Shown: in pieces, positions 33,790 through 34,671 of the stretch
How positions within the stretch are numbered: position 1 is the first letter of the stretch
How the letters are laid out: every line of letters begins with the position of its first letter
NCBI GenBank assembly: GCA_032718475.1
Contig: JAUCBJ010004716.1
Span: forward strand, 1-34,671
Reading direction: 5' to 3'
Length of the DNA: 34,671 nucleotides
Source of the DNA: Nemertoderma westbladi
Lineage: Eukaryota > Animalia > Xenacoelomorpha
The notes under the pieces: generated by a model
What the model was told of the DNA's origin: nothing
The model's database searches: none
The model's input: the letters and a program-made list of their open reading frames with translations, nothing else
Program-made: the position numbers and the translations under genes

Positions 33790-34671
33790 CCTTGGGAAGT
33801 ATTGCAGAGTAGACCTACTATCGTATTATTCGATTGATCGCTACTATATAATCTCTGACAGCTATATTTACTTTCGGGGAAATATTAACAGTTCCTTTAG
33901 GACGTGGCGCTTTAAGTATAAAAACAGAGTTACGACTTATACTAATCACAACTAGATGGCCACAGAGTTTCGTAAATAGCGCATTCTTTAGGGGATGCTT
34001 TATTAACCTTCACACTACTTCACACGACTTCACACTACTTTACACTACTGCGCACTGATCTGCCGACCGTCACTGAATTTGATCATATATAAGGAGGATC
34101 GCAACTGACACACGTAGGGATTATGAAATAGCATTTAGAATCACACAAAACCACTATAATTTAAGTCGCAGTTGCTACCGGTAGACCCTTTCTCTTACCT
34201 CAGTAATCGATAAGATTGGGGTTTATGATTATTTATCGGTATTCTCCAAATATAACATCCATTAGTATAAACAACAATTAATACTATATAAAACAGCAGT
34301 AAAACATTGCGGTGAACGGTCAGTATGTGTTCAGTCATATAAAATAAGTCAAGATAGGTGATTTGATGTGAAATGAGTTAAGCAGGATAATAGATTTATG
34401 TTCTTATAACCAAGGCCATTCTGAATTCTGACCAGAATTCTGAGCTGAATCGAATTCTCAGAAAAATAATAACCATAATGCATTGCGCGAGTTTCTCAGG
34501 TAGGTCTCTGTTGGCCTAACAGTGAAGATTGCTCTGATTGGCTAAAAGCCTGAACAAAGAGAGCTCCACGTACACAGAGAATCAGCTGACAGATTTCGTC
34601 ATCTTGGTTCTGATTTCTTTCCGACGCGTAGTTGAATAATTTTAGGGCTATTTTAGAGTATTCTGCGCATT
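33790..34671 (-). repeat. 5' LTR of element A, distal part (runs off the window)
   Basis: Colinear with 5051-5954. Confidence 0.96.

Larger units (their letters stand above)
4887..34671 (-). mobile_element. Bel/Pao LTR retrotransposon 'A' (decayed; interrupted by element B; right end ~40 bp beyond the window)
   Basis: Paired LTRs (4887-5994 and 21072-21244 plus 33790-end); gag-PR-RT-RH-IN order on the minus strand with Bel/Pao motifs; PPT next to the left LTR. The left flank CCATT (4882-4886) is the predicted TSD. Confidence 0.95.

Overview
Eukaryotic, AT-rich, invertebrate-like DNA that is about 85% retroelement. Left to right: the 3' end of a decayed Ty1/Copia (GalEa-like) element (RNase H, PPT, 206-bp LTR, 1-650); two clear minus-strand exons of a host beta/gamma-crystallin-domain gene (2552-2410, 2113-1987); then a three-level nest of Bel/Pao LTR retrotransposons, the two full elements coding on the minus strand. 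Element A runs from 4887 to just past the window end, has ~1.1-kb LTRs and a decayed gag-pol, and carries an extra zinc-knuckle reading frame between integrase and the 3' LTR, plus a piggyBac-like insert with a ~160-bp palindromic tandem array. Element B (21245-33789, ~594-bp LTRs, 5-bp TSD) sits inside A's 5' LTR. A solo LTR of an A-related subfamily (27078-28249, 5-bp TSD) sits inside B's pol. The most striking observation is that neither A nor B has a TGG-type tRNA primer-binding site. In both, the bases abutting the 5' LTR are instead the exact reverse complement of a motif inside the element's own LTR (11 nt in A, 9 nt in B), in the register expected for Tf1-style self-primed reverse transcription. 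I know this mechanism from Ty3/Gypsy Tf1/sushi-type elements but not from Bel/Pao. All coordinates and alignments were done by eye.
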